In this document: positions 19,947-33,546 of the stretch, piece after piece | Numbering within the stretch: the stretch's first letter is position 1 | Layout of the letters: the number at the start of each line of letters is the position of its first letter | NCBI GenBank assembly: GCA_963781885.1 | Contig: CAWAHW010000002.1 | Coordinates: 832,001 to 896,000 of the forward strand | From: an uncultured Spirochaetota bacterium | Lineage (GTDB): Bacteria; Spirochaetota; Spirochaetia; SZUA-6; Fen-1364 | Length of the DNA: 64,000 bases | Direction: 5' to 3' | Notes under the pieces: model-generated | Told to the model about the DNA's origin: nothing | What the model saw: only the letters and a program-made list of their open reading frames with translations | The model's database searches: none | Made by a program: the position numbers and the translations under genes

Positions 19947-20489
19947 CTGCGCATCACGGGAGGTCTGTACCGCGGTCGCACGATACTCTGTCCGCCGGGC
20001 GTGATCCGGCCGTCGATGGACAGGATGCGCCAGTCGCTTTTTTCGATACTCGGCGACCTTGACGGAATCAGCTTTCTCGACCTTTTCAGCGGTTCTGGCA
20101 TACTCGGCGTGGAGGCCGCGTCGCGTAATGCCGCCCCGGTCCTTCTCGTGGAAAAGGACCCGCGCAAGAGGCAGACGATACTGAAAAACATCAGCTTCGT
20201 CGAATCCGCCGTCGAGCTCATCACGGCCCCGGTCGAGCGCTTCCTCCGCTCAAACCAGCGCTCCTGGGACGTGATCTTTCTCGACCCGCCATTCGACTAC
20301 GAGACAAAGGGAGCCGTCCTCGATGCCGCGTGTGAAGCGCCGCATCTCTCCCCCGGGGGCCTTGCGATCATGCACCTGCACTCGGCGGAGAAGCTCTCCG
20401 AGGAGCGCCGCGGCCTCACGCTCGTGGACCGCAGGGAGTACGGACAGTCGCTCCTCCTTTTCTTCCGGCGGACGGGGGAAACAGGCTGA
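19947..20489 (+). CDS. rsmD: 16S rRNA m2G966 methyltransferase; apparent CTG start
   Basis: (M)RITGG.YRGR, IRPSMDRMR, LDLFSGSG, FLDPPF, REYG. Confidence 0.88.
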   Translation: MRITGGLYRGRTILCPPGVIRPSMDRMRQSLFSILGDLDGISFLDLFSGSGILGVEAASRNAAPVLLVEKDPRKRQTILKNISFVESAVELITAPVERFLRSNQRSWDVIFLDPPFDYETKGAVLDAACEAPHLSPGGLAIMHLHSAEKLSEERRGLTLVDRREYGQSLLLFFRRTGETG

Positions 20490-20498
20490 AGGTGCGGC

Positions 20499-20527
20499 TT
20501 GACGCTCCTCCGAAGCGCTGATAGGAT
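20499..20527 (+). promoter_or_regulatory. Promoter upstream of tRNA-Thr
   Basis: TTGACG-17 nt-TAGGAT with a TGn extension. Confidence 0.65.
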
Positions 20528-20559
20528 GCGCCGAATCGCCCACAGGTGCGCAAGCCGTT

Positions 20560-20655
20560 CCCCATGGCTCCCGCTGCCTGCCCTAGCACGGTAGACCGTG
20601 CGGAAGGCAGCCAGTTGCCGCCATGGGGCCCCGCTCGCACGACATGCGGTCGTGC
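20560..20655. repeat. Long imperfect hairpin plus a 7-bp hairpin in the tRNA-Thr leader
   Basis: CCCCATGGC/GCCATGGGG, GCTGCCT/AGGCAGC, GCACGG-TAGA-CCGTGC; then GCACGAC-ATGCG-GTCGTGC. Confidence 0.75.
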
Positions 20656-20657
20656 TC

Positions 20658-20730
20658 GCCCTTGTAGCTCAGCTGGTAGAGCACGTCCTTGGTAAGGACG
20701 GGGTCACCGGTTCAAATCCGGTCGAGGGCT
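20658..20730 (+). tRNA. tRNA-Thr(GGT), CCA not encoded
   Basis: Cloverleaf: GCCCTTG acceptor, D-arm GCTC...GAGC, anticodon arm CGTCC-TTGGTAA-GGACG, T-loop GGTTCAAATCC. Confidence 0.96.
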
Positions 20731-20793
20731 TTTGTCGAACGGTTTCGGGGGGACTCGCCCCGGGCCCGTTATAGTGTAGGCGCGTCAACGCAC

Positions 20794-20823
20794 TTGACAT
20801 GAGGGCGGCGAAATGTGTAAATT
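20794..20823 (+). promoter_or_regulatory. Promoter for rpmG-trnW-secE-nusG
   Basis: TTGACA-18 nt-TAAATT with TGn. Confidence 0.55.
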
Positions 20824-20853
20824 TGCCGTTCAACTACCAGCAGGGAGACCCAG

Positions 20854-21030
20854 ATGGCCAAAGGCAAAGCGAAAAACCTTGAACTTGTAGCTCTGCAGTG
20901 CACGGAATGCGACCGGCGCAACTACACGACGACGAAGAATCGCAAGAATACCCAGGGCAAGCTGGAGTTTTCAAAGTACTGCAAGTGGGACAGGAAGCAC
21001 ACCCTGCACAAGGAAGCGAAGGTAAAGTAG
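20854..21030 (+). CDS. rpmG: 50S ribosomal protein L33 (not in the ORF track)
   Basis: [58 protein letters not shown]. Confidence 0.96.
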   Translation: MAKGKAKNLELVALQCTECDRRNYTTTKNRKNTQGKLEFSKYCKWDRKHTLHKEAKVK

Positions 21031-21037
21031 GACGCAT

Positions 21038-21110
21038 AGGCCAGTAGCTCTAATGGTAGAGCGCCGGTCTCCAAAACCGGATGTTGCGGGTTCGAGTCCT
21101 GCCTGGCCTG
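21038..21110 (+). tRNA. tRNA-Trp(CCA), CCA end not encoded
   Basis: AGGCCAG acceptor, CCGGT-CTCCAAA-ACCGG anticodon arm, GGTTCGAGTCC; usual position between rpmG and secE. Confidence 0.96.
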
Positions 21111-21144
21111 AACCGGGGAAGGGAAGAGCCGAGGGACGGAGGAC

Positions 21145-21324
21145 ATGAGAAGAATCATCACGTTTTTCCAGGAAAGCTTCGCGGAGCTGAAGAAGGTCAC
21201 CTGGCCCAGCAGGGAGGAGGCCGTCTCGTCGACGAAGGTCGTTCTCGTGTCGACCATCATCATCGCGGTCATGCTCGGCGTCGTCGATCTTCTGCTCTTC
21301 AAGATCGTGGACTGGATCTTCTAG
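21145..21324 (+). CDS. secE: Preprotein translocase SecE (not in the ORF track)
   Basis: ELKKVTWPSREE followed by one TM helix. Confidence 0.95.
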   Translation: MRRIITFFQESFAELKKVTWPSREEAVSSTKVVLVSTIIIAVMLGVVDLLLFKIVDWIF

Positions 21325-21336
21325 GCGCGAGGCTGC

Positions 21337-21891
21337 ATGGCAAAAGCCTGGTACGTCCTGCATACCTACTCGGGGTATGAGAATAAAGTACAGAAGCACG
21401 TGCGGATGCTCGTCGACAAGGGCACGCTGAAGGAGCATGTCTTCGACGTGAAGGTGCCCGCGGAAGAGGTCGTGGAGGTGAAGGACGGGCACAAGAGGGT
21501 GTCCTCCAAGAAGTTCCTTCCCGGCTACATCATGATGGAAATGGACCTGCCCGATCTCGGGTGGAAAGAGGTATGCCAGGAGATACGGAAGATTCCGGGC
21601 GTCACCGGTTTCGTGGGGTCCAATCGGAATCAGAAGCCGCAGCCCATCTCGCAGGACGAGGCGCGCGGCATCCTCCAGAAGGCGGGGGAGATCAAGGCGG
21701 ACCGTCTCCTCAAGCCGCGGCAGAGCTTTTCGGTGGGCGAGATGGTGCGCATCATCGACGGCCCCTTCGATTCCTTCACGGGCAGCATCGAAGAGGTGAA
21801 CACGGAGAAGGGAAAGCTCCGCGTCATGGTCGGCATCTTCGGCAGGTCGACACCCGTGGAGGTGGACTTCCTGCAGGTGGAAAAGATTTAG
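21337..21891 (+). CDS. nusG: Transcription factor NusG
   Basis: WYVLHTYSGYENKV, LPGYI, GVTGFVG, DGPF, IFGRSTPVE. Confidence 0.97.
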   Translation: MAKAWYVLHTYSGYENKVQKHVRMLVDKGTLKEHVFDVKVPAEEVVEVKDGHKRVSSKKFLPGYIMMEMDLPDLGWKEVCQEIRKIPGVTGFVGSNRNQKPQPISQDEARGILQKAGEIKADRLLKPRQSFSVGEMVRIIDGPFDSFTGSIEEVNTEKGKLRVMVGIFGRSTPVEVDFLQVEKI

Positions 21892-21978
21892 GAGGGCGCT
21901 CGGTCGAGCGCTATGCGGGCCGCGCCTGGCGCGGCCTTGAGATACTGAAACCCTCTTGGGGCGCCGCTCAGGGCCCGA

Positions 21979-22053
21979 TTGGGAGCTCTTCAGCGCGGTT
22001 GAAACACCGCGGGATACCGCGGAAGGCCGCGGCCTGAAGGGCGATTGCACCAC
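21979..22053 (+). promoter_or_regulatory. Probable L1-binding autoregulatory site upstream of rplK
   Basis: TGGGAG...ACCAC flanking a GCTCTTCAG/CTGAAGGGC stem, directly before the SD. Confidence 0.5.
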
Positions 22054-22068
22054 GGAGGTAGAGGCGAG

Positions 22069-22499
22069 ATGGCGAAAAAGACAGTCAAGGCAATCGTCAA
22101 GCTGCAGGTACCTGCCGGCAAGGCCACGCCGGCCCCCCGGTCGGACCGGCACTGGGACCGCACGGCGTGCAGGCCGCGCAGTTCTGCCAGCAGTTCAATG
22201 AAAGGACCCGCAAGCAGGAAGAAGGCGTTCTGATTCCGGTGGTCATCACGATCTACACGGACAAGAGCTTCACCTTCATCACGAAGACCCCGCCGGCGGC
22301 CGTTCTCATCAAGAAGGCGCTGGGGCTGGAGAAGGGCAGCGGCGAGCCGAACAAGACGAAGGTCGGCGCGCTCACGCGCGACAAGCTGCGCGCCATCGCG
22401 GAGCAGAAGATGCCCGACCTCACCGCGAAGGACATCGACGCGGCGATGAAGATCATCGCCGGCACCGCCCGCAGCATGGGCGTGACGGTGGAGGGCTGA
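22069..22499 (+). CDS. rplK: 50S ribosomal protein L11, 1-nt deletion in the C run 22133-22138
   Basis: [13 protein letters not shown]|VGPALG split over two frames; one extra C gives 143 aa. Confidence 0.93.
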
Positions 22500-22502
22500 C
22501 CC

Positions 22503-23192
22503 ATGACGCACGGAAAGAAGTACCGCGCATCGGTTGAGAAGTTCGACCGCGCGGAGACCTACACGCTGGACAAGGCCGTGGATCTCGTGAAGGAGCTCGC
22601 CTTCGCGAAGTTCGATGAGACCGTGGAAGTCTCCATGAAGCTCAACATCAAGAGCAAGCATACCATCCGCGACGTCATGGCCCTCCCGCACCTCTTCGGC
22701 AAGGAGAAGCAGATCCTCGTCTTCGCCAAGGGCGACAAGGCGGAGGAGGCGAAAAAGGCGGGCGCCGCCTACGTGGGCGACGCGGACCTGATTGAGAAGA
22801 TCAAGGGCGGCTGGTTGGACTTCGACATCGCGGTGGCCACCCCGGACATGATGAAGGACGTCGGCAAGCTCGGCCAGATCCTCGGCCGCCGCGGCCTCAT
22901 GCCCAACCCCAAGACCCAGACGGTCACCTTCAACATCAAGGAAGCGCTCGACGAGCTGAAAAAGGGGCGCGTGGAATATCGGGCGGACAAGGGCGGCGTC
23001 GTGCACCTTGCGGTGGCGAAGCTTTCCATGGGCAAGGAACAGATCGCGGCGAACGCGGCCGCGTTCATCCAGGAAGTGGTCCGCAAGCGGCCCAGCGACC
23101 TGAAGGGGGACTACGTGCAGTCCATCGTCCTTTCGTCCACCATGGGGCCGGGCATCCGCCTGTCCCCGAAGGACAAGACCTTCGTCGCATAA
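22503..23192 (+). CDS. rplA: 50S ribosomal protein L1
   Basis: KFDETVE, GLMPNPK, SSTMGPG. Confidence 0.97.
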   Translation: MTHGKKYRASVEKFDRAETYTLDKAVDLVKELAFAKFDETVEVSMKLNIKSKHTIRDVMALPHLFGKEKQILVFAKGDKAEEAKKAGAAYVGDADLIEKIKGGWLDFDIAVATPDMMKDVGKLGQILGRRGLMPNPKTQTVTFNIKEALDELKKGRVEYRADKGGVVHLAVAKLSMGKEQIAANAAAFIQEVVRKRPSDLKGDYVQSIVLSSTMGPGIRLSPKDKTFVA

Positions 23193-23205
23193 GGAGCTGA
23201 ATGAC

Positions 23206-23754
23206 ATGGCACAGACGACAAAGAAGATCCAGCAGTACAAGGCGGATGCCGTGACGAAGCTCCGGGAGTACTTCGGCGCGACGCCGGACCTGATATTCTC
23301 GGATTTCCGCGGTCTCACCTTCCCGCAGATGATCGATCTGCGCAACAAGCTCACGGAGAAGGGCACGTCCTACCGGGTCGTGCGCAACTCCTTCGCGCGC
23401 ATCGCCATGAAGGAGGTCGGGCTTCCCGACGCCTCCGCGATGCTGGAAGGGCCCACGGCGCTTGCGTTCCTCGGCAAGGACCCCAGCCCCGCGGCGAAGG
23501 TGATGATGGATTTCACGAAGGCGGCGCCCCTGAAGATCAAGGGCGGCGTGATCAGCGGCAAGATGTTCACCGCCCAGGAGGTGGAGGCGCTCTCCAGGCT
23601 CCCCGGACGGCTGGACCTCCTGGCCATGCTCATGGGCACGATGAACGCGCCCCTTCGGAACATGATGTACGCGATGAACGGCGTCGCATCCAAGCTGGTG
23701 CGCACCCTCGCGGCGGTCGCCGACAAGATGGGCGGCGAAGGAAAGACGGCATAA
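23206..23754 (+). CDS. rplJ: 50S ribosomal protein L10
   Basis: DFRGLT, VVRNS, LEGPTALAF; synteny. Confidence 0.95.
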   Translation: MAQTTKKIQQYKADAVTKLREYFGATPDLIFSDFRGLTFPQMIDLRNKLTEKGTSYRVVRNSFARIAMKEVGLPDASAMLEGPTALAFLGKDPSPAAKVMMDFTKAAPLKIKGGVISGKMFTAQEVEALSRLPGRLDLLAMLMGTMNAPLRNMMYAMNGVASKLVRTLAAVADKMGGEGKTA

Positions 23755-23817
23755 TAACGGCACCAGTCTTCACGACACGCCAGCTGGTACCGTAAAAAAA
23801 CAGGAAGGAGAAGATAA

Positions 23818-24201
23818 ATGGCAGCACTTTCGAAAGATCAGATTCTCGACGCGATCGCCTCGATGACGGTTCTCGAGGTCTCCGAGCTCGTCAAGGCGAT
23901 GGAGGAGAAGTTCGGCGTCACCGCGGCTGCGCCCGTGGCAATGGCGGCGGGACCCGCGGCAGCGGCAGGACCCGCGGCGGAGGAAAAGACGGAGTTCACC
24001 GTGGTCCTCAAGAGCTTCGACGAGACGAAGAAGATCCCGGTGATCAAGGAAGTCCGCGGCATCACGGGTCTCGGCCTCAAGGAGGCGAAGGACCTGGTGG
24101 AGGCGGGCGGCAAGACCCTCAAGGAGAACATCTCCAAGGAGGAAGCCGCGAAGATCAAGCAGCAGCTCGAGGCGGCCGGCGCGGTTGTCGAGATCCAGTA
24201 A
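23818..24201 (+). CDS. rplL: 50S ribosomal protein L7/L12
   Basis: [30 protein letters not shown]. Confidence 0.97.
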   Translation: MAALSKDQILDAIASMTVLEVSELVKAMEEKFGVTAAAPVAMAAGPAAAAGPAAEEKTEFTVVLKSFDETKKIPVIKEVRGITGLGLKEAKDLVEAGGKTLKENISKEEAAKIKQQLEAAGAVVEIQ

Positions 24202-24284
24202 CGCCCGCACGGGCCACGGGACGGCCGACCCGGTGCGCACCGCGTCGGCGCGATCCCGTCCAATTCAATTGTCTCGTGAGAACG

Positions 24285-24316
24285 CCACCGGGGGGAGCCC
24301 CGGTGGTCTGTTCTTT
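24285..24316 (+). terminator. Terminator/attenuator between rplL and rpoB
   Basis: CCACCGGGG-GGAG-CCCCGGTGG followed by TCTGTTCTTT. Confidence 0.6.
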
Positions 24317-24385
24317 GCATATGGGTACGCGTTCTCCCCGCAGGCGCTTTCGGCGTCCGCGAGGGCACGGAGTGAGGGGGACTGA

Positions 24386-27300
24386 ATGATTCTGGACAAG
24401 AACCGCAAGATCAAGCGCATCCTTTTCGGCAGGGGCTACGAGGATGTCATGGAGATCCCCAATCTGGTCGACATCCAGCTTTCGTCGTACGAGCGGTTCC
24501 TCCAGAGAAAAACGATGCAGAAGGGCGAGCCCCCTCTGAAGCAGGGGCTGGAGGAGGTCTTCCAGTCCACGTTCCCCATCGAGAGCCCCAACGGGGACAT
24601 GCTGCTGGAATACTGCGGCTACACGCTGGACGAGCCGAATATCAAGTTCGGCGAGCAGGAGTGCAAGCAGAAGGGACTGACGTACGCCATCCCCTTGAAG
24701 GCGAAGATCAATCTCATCTTCCTCAACACCGGCGAGATCCGTCAGAAGGAAATCTACATGGGGGACATCCCCATCATGACGGACAAGGGCACCTTCGTGG
24801 TCAACGGCGCGGAGCGCGTGGTCGTGAGCCAGATCCACCGTTCGCCCGGCGTCATCTTCTCCCATGAGAAGGGCATCTACTCCTCGCGCATCATTCCCTA
24901 CCGCGGCTCCTGGCTGGAGTTCGAGATCGACCAGAAGAAGGAGCTCATCTACGCGAAGATCGACCGCAAGAAGAGGATCCTCGCCACCATCTTCCTCCGC
25001 GCGCTGGGCTATGAGACGCGCGAATCCATCATCGAGCTTTTCTACAAGGTGGAGAAGGTGAAGATCAGCGACACCCGCGAGGACAAGGAGCGGCTGGTCG
25101 GGCGCAACTTCGCGCGGGGCGTCACCGTGAAGGACGGGGAGGTGCAGAAGAAGCTCTACCGCGCGGGGGACAAGATCCACCCGCACGACATGGAAGAGCT
25201 CGTCCACGCGGGCGTGAAAGAGATCTTCGTCATCGACTTCGAGCACGAAAGCTCCCTGCATTCGCCGATCATCCTCAACTGCTTCGAGCGCGAAGAGATG
25301 AAGTTCACGAAGGAGGCGCCCGAGCAGGACGAGATCTCCAAGGACGATGCCATCCTGCGCGTCTATTCGGTCATCAAGCCGGGAGAACCGATCACCATCG
25401 AAAACGCGGAGAAGGACCTGCACTCGATGTTCTTCTCCAGCCGCCGCTACGACCTGGGCCGGGTGGGCCGCTACAAGCTCAACAAGAAGTTCGACTACAA
25501 GGAGCAGGTGAAGACCCACACGCTGATCAAGGAAGACATCATCAACACGATGACCTGGCTCATCCGGGTCTACATCGGCGAGATGAACGTTGACGACATC
25601 GACCACCTGGGCAACAGGCGCGTGCGGTCCGTCGGGGAGCTCCTCACCAACCAGTTGAAGGTCGCCTTCACCCGCATGGAGAGAATCGCCAAGGAGCGCA
25701 TGTCCCTGAAGGAAGCGGACACGATCAAGCCGCAGGACCTGATCTCCATCAAGCCGATCGTCGCCACGATCAAGGAGTTCTTCGGCTCCAGCCAGCTTTC
25801 CCAGTTCATGGACCAGGTCAACCCCCTGGCCGAGCTCACGCACAAGCGCAGGCTGAACGCGCTGGGACCCGGCGGTCTCTCGCGCGACCGCGCCGGCTTC
25901 GAGGTGCGCGACGTGCACTACACCCACTATGGGCGCATGTGCCCGATCGAGACCCCCGAAGGTCCGAACATCGGCCTGATCGTGTCGCTTGCGAACTACA
26001 CGCGCGTGAACGAGTACGGCTTCCTGGAGACGCCGTACCGCAAGGTGAAGAACGGCAAGGTGAGCACCGACATCGAATACCTCTCCGCCATGGACGAGGA
26101 GCGCTTCTACATCGCCCAGGCCAACGCGCCCCTGTCCCCGAAGGGGGAGTTCCAGGAGAAACAGGTCTCCGTGCGCAAGGGCGGGGATTACATCACCCGG
26201 CCGCCGGAGGACATCCAGTACATGGACGTCTCCCCGAAGCAGATCATCTCGGTGTCCGCGTCGCTCATCCCCTTCCTGGAGCACGACGATGCCAACCGCG
26301 CCCTCATGGGATCCAACATGCAGCGCCAGGCGGTGCCCCTCATCGCCCCCGAGCCGCCGCGCGTCGGGACGGGCATGGAGGGGAGGACGGCCTACGATTC
26401 GGGCGTCGTGGTGATCGCGAAACGGGGCGGCACGATCTCCTATGTCACGTCGGTGGAGATCCGCATCAAGCCCGACGAGGCGAAGCGGGAGGAGGACGTC
26501 TATACGCTCCTGAAGTACCAGCGCACGAACCAGGACACCTGCTACACCCAGAAGCCCATCGTTCTCCCCGGGCAGCACGTCGACGACGGGGAAGTGATTG
26601 CTGACGGGCCGGCGACATTCCGCGGCGAGCTCGCGCTGGGCAGGAACCTCCTGTGCGCCTTCATGCCGTGGAACGGCTACAACTACGAGGACGCCATCCT
26701 CATCTCGGAGAAGGTCGTCCAGGACGACGCGTTCAGCTCCATCCACATCAAGGAGTTCTCCATAGAGGTCCGGGAGACGAAGCTCGGACCGGAAAAGATC
26801 ACCCGCGACATCCCCAACACCAACGAGCATGCCTTCGAGCAGCTCGACGAGGAGGGGATCATCCGGGTCGGCGCGAGCGTGAAGGCGGGGTCCATCCTCG
26901 TCGGCAAGGTCACGCCCAAGAGCGAGACCGACTCCACGCCCGAGTTCAAGCTCCTGAACTCCATCTTCGGTGAGAAGGCGAAAGAGGTGCGGGACACGTC
27001 GCTCCGCGTTCCCCACGGCGTGGAAGGCACCATCATCGACGTGCAGCGCCTGAAGAGGACGAATGGCGACGAGCTGGATCCCGGCGTGGAAGAGGTCGTG
27101 AAGGTGCTCATCGCGGCCAAGCGCAAACTGCAGGAGGGCGACAAGCTCGCCGGGCGGCACGGCAACAAGGGCGTCGTCGCGCGCGTGCTCCCGCTGGAAG
27201 AGATGCCGTACATGGAAGACGGCACGCCGATCGACATCATCCTCAATCCCCTCGGCGTCCCTTCGCGTATGAATCTCGGGCAGATCATGGAGACCGAGCT

Positions 27301-27883
27301 GGGATGGGCCGCCACGATGCTCGACGAATGGTATGCGACCCCGGTCTTCCAGTCCGCTTCGAATGAAATGATCGAGTCGAAGCTGAAAGAAGCCAACCTG
27401 CCCACGTCGTCCAAGGTGCCGCTCTTCGACGGGCACACGGGCGAGCCGTTTGAGAACCAGATCACCTGTGGCACGATCTACATCCTGAAGCTCCACCACC
27501 TCGTGGACGACAAGATGCACGCGCGCTCCACGGGGCCCTATTCCCTGGTGACGCAGCAGCCCCTGGGCGGGAAGGCCCAGTTCGGCGGGCAGCGGCTCGG
27601 GGAGATGGAGGTCTGGGCGCTGGAGGCCTACGGGGCGTCCAACGTGCTCCAGGAGCTCCTCACGATCAAGAGCGACGATATGATCGGCCGCGCGAAGATC
27701 TACGAAAGCATCGTCAAGGGTGAGGTGTCCACGGCGCCGGACATCCCCGAATCGTTCAACGTGCTCGTGCAGGAGATGCGGGGGCTGGCGCTCGACGTGA
27801 GCATCTTCGACGTGAAGAACAAGCAGATCGCGCTCACCGAGCGCGACGAGGAATTGATCGACAGGCAGATGTCTCGCTTCTAG
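24386..27883 (+). CDS. rpoB: RNA polymerase beta subunit
   Basis: [39 protein letters not shown]. Confidence 0.98.
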   Translation: MILDKNRKIKRILFGRGYEDVMEIPNLVDIQLSSYERFLQRKTMQKGEPPLKQGLEEVFQSTFPIESPNGDMLLEYCGYTLDEPNIKFGEQECKQKGLTYAIPLKAKINLIFLNTGEIRQKEIYMGDIPIMTDKGTFVVNGAERVVVSQIHRSPGVIFSHEKGIYSSRIIPYRGSWLEFEIDQKKELIYAKIDRKKRILATIFLRALGYETRESIIELFYKVEKVKISDTREDKERLVGRNFARGVTVKDGEVQKKLYRAGDKIHPHDMEELVHAGVKEIFVIDFEHESSLHSPIILNCFEREEMKFTKEAPEQDEISKDDAILRVYSVIKPGEPITIENAEKDLHSMFFSSRRYDLGRVGRYKLNKKFDYKEQVKTHTLIKEDIINTMTWLIRVYIGEMNVDDIDHLGNRRVRSVGELLTNQLKVAFTRMERIAKERMSLKEADTIKPQDLISIKPIVATIKEFFGSSQLSQFMDQVNPLAELTHKRRLNALGPGGLSRDRAGFEVRDVHYTHYGRMCPIETPEGPNIGLIVSLANYTRVNEYGFLETPYRKVKNGKVSTDIEYLSAMDEERFYIAQANAPLSPKGEFQEKQVSVRKGGDYITRPPEDIQYMDVSPKQIISVSASLIPFLEHDDANRALMGSNMQRQAVPLIAPEPPRVGTGMEGRTAYDSGVVVIAKRGGTISYVTSVEIRIKPDEAKREEDVYTLLKYQRTNQDTCYTQKPIVLPGQHVDDGEVIADGPATFRGELALGRNLLCAFMPWNGYNYEDAILISEKVVQDDAFSSIHIKEFSIEVRETKLGPEKITRDIPNTNEHAFEQLDEEGIIRVGASVKAGSILVGKVTPKSETDSTPEFKLLNSIFGEKAKEVRDTSLRVPHGVEGTIIDVQRLKRTNGDELDPGVEEVVKVLIAAKRKLQEGDKLAGRHGNKGVVARVLPLEEMPYMEDGTPIDIILNPLGVPSRMNLGQIMETELGWAATMLDEWYATPVFQSASNEMIESKLKEANLPTSSKVPLFDGHTGEPFENQITCGTIYILKLHHLVDDKMHARSTGPYSLVTQQPLGGKAQFGGQRLGEMEVWALEAYGASNVLQELLTIKSDDMIGRAKIYESIVKGEVSTAPDIPESFNVLVQEMRGLALDVSIFDVKNKQIALTERDEELIDRQMSRF

Positions 27884-27983
27884 CGCGCCGTCGAAGACGG
27901 CGCCAGAAGCGAAAGCGCGCTAGCGGGAGCGCGTCGCGAAGCGGCGCGCGGCAGCTGCGCGCTGGCGAAAGAAGGGGCAGGAA

Positions 27984-32237
<4,254 letters not shown>

Positions 32238-32242
32238 GGCCG

Positions 32243-32305
32243 GCCACCGTACCCGGTGGCATTTGGTAGGTCGTGGCTGGCAAATGCCACGGCGTACCGT
32301 AGGCA
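32243..32305. repeat. Inverted pair of CAAATG-footed hairpin elements
   Basis: GCCACCG-TACC-CGGTGGCATTTG ... CAAATGCCACGG-CGTA-CCGTAGGCA. Confidence 0.7.
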
Positions 32306-32378
32306 GGATGCCGAGGGCGAGCGAGTGCCTTCCGCTCCTGGCGGAGTTGGATGCACGGAAGCGAGCCCGTGGCCGGGG

Positions 32379-32407
32379 TAGACACGACCGGGGCGGACGG
32401 GTATAGT
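32379..32407 (+). promoter_or_regulatory. Distal promoter upstream of the str operon
   Basis: TAGACA-17 nt-TATAGT. Confidence 0.65.
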
Positions 32408-32507
32408 GACCTAGTTTCGGAGGCGGCGGACGATTCATCCGTCGCAGGACGGCGAACGGGTCAGCGTGGTCTCAAGCAGCCCCGGAATCGGGACGGGAAG
32501 CGCGGCG

Positions 32508-32554
32508 CAAATGCGACGGCAACTGCGCGGCGCACCGCGCAAGGTGCCGTGGGC
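32508..32554 (+). repeat. Nested hairpin element
   Basis: CAAATGCGACGG-CAACTGCGCGG-CGCA-CCGCGCA-AGGTGCCGTGGGC; close to the reverse complement of 48760-48805. Confidence 0.65.
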
Positions 32555-32560
32555 GGGGGG

Positions 32561-32589
32561 TTGACTTTTTTTTGGCCGAAGAGTAGCGT
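32561..32589 (+). promoter_or_regulatory. Proximal rpsL promoter
   Basis: TTGACT-17 nt-TAGCGT, with a T8 run at 32566-32573. Confidence 0.55.
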
Positions 32590-32656
32590 AGATATTCGCG
32601 TGTCTCGGCTCGGGGACGCGGTACGCACAACGCAGGAAAGGTAGAAAGAACGGTTT

Positions 32657-33031
32657 ATGCCGACGATCAACCAGCTGGTGAGGATGGGGCGAAAGGCTAT
32701 CCGGAAGAAGACGAAAGCCCCTGCGCTCCAGAATTGCCCCCAGAAAAGGGGGGTGTGCACACGGGTGATGACGGTCACGCCCAAGAAGCCGAACTCCGCG
32801 CTCCGCAAGGTGGCGCGCGTGAGGCTGACGAATGGAATCGACGTCACCGCGTACATCCCCGGCATCGGCCATAACCTGCAGGAGCACTCGGTGGTGCTGA
32901 TCAGGGGCGGCAGGGTGAAGGACCTCCCCGGCGTCCGCTATCATATCATCCGCGGCGCAAAGGATACCCTGGGCGTGGAAGACCGCAAGAAGGCCAGATC
33001 GAAGTACGGCACGAAGAGACCGAAGGCTTAG
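32657..33031 (+). CDS. rpsL: 30S ribosomal protein S12
   Basis: [30 protein letters not shown]. Confidence 0.98.
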   Translation: MPTINQLVRMGRKAIRKKTKAPALQNCPQKRGVCTRVMTVTPKKPNSALRKVARVRLTNGIDVTAYIPGIGHNLQEHSVVLIRGGRVKDLPGVRYHIIRGAKDTLGVEDRKKARSKYGTKRPKA

Positions 33032-33051
33032 GAAAAGGAAGAGGAAGAGCG

Positions 33052-33525
33052 ATGCCGAGAGGGCAGCTGATACGCAAAAAAAGGATCCTTCTGGATCCGA
33101 AATACAAAAATCCCGTCATTGGGAAATTTGTCGCCCGCATGATGGAGCAGGGGAAGAAGAGCGTTTCCTACAGCAGCATTTACGGCGCGCTCGATATCAT
33201 CACGCAGAAGGTGGCCGGCAAGGACGCGGTCGAGGTTTTCCAGAAGGCGCTTGAAAACGTGAAGCCCCTGCTCGAGGTGAAGTCTCGCAGGGTGGGAGGG
33301 GCGACCCTCCAGGTTCCCGTGGAGATCCGCGAAGAGCGCCGTGATGCGCTGGCGATGCGGTGGATCATCGGCTTCTCGCGGAGCCGGCACGGCCGTTCGA
33401 TGGGTGAAAAGCTCGCGGCCGAGCTGATCGACGCTTACAATAATACGGGGTCTGCGATCAAGAAGAAGGAAGACACCCACAAGATGGCGGAGGCGAACAA
33501 GGCTTTTGCCCACTACCGCTGGTAA
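33052..33525 (+). CDS. rpsG: 30S ribosomal protein S7
   Basis: [26 protein letters not shown]. Confidence 0.97.
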   Translation: MPRGQLIRKKRILLDPKYKNPVIGKFVARMMEQGKKSVSYSSIYGALDIITQKVAGKDAVEVFQKALENVKPLLEVKSRRVGGATLQVPVEIREERRDALAMRWIIGFSRSRHGRSMGEKLAAELIDAYNNTGSAIKKKEDTHKMAEANKAFAHYRW

Positions 33526-33546
33526 GGCGGGCAGGGAGCTCTTCCG

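Noticed and set aside
20560-20628. SRP RNA (ffs) or 6S RNA
   Set aside because: GGAAGGCAGC resembles part of SRP helix 8, but the CAGG...GNRA...AGCAG arrangement is absent; too short for 6S
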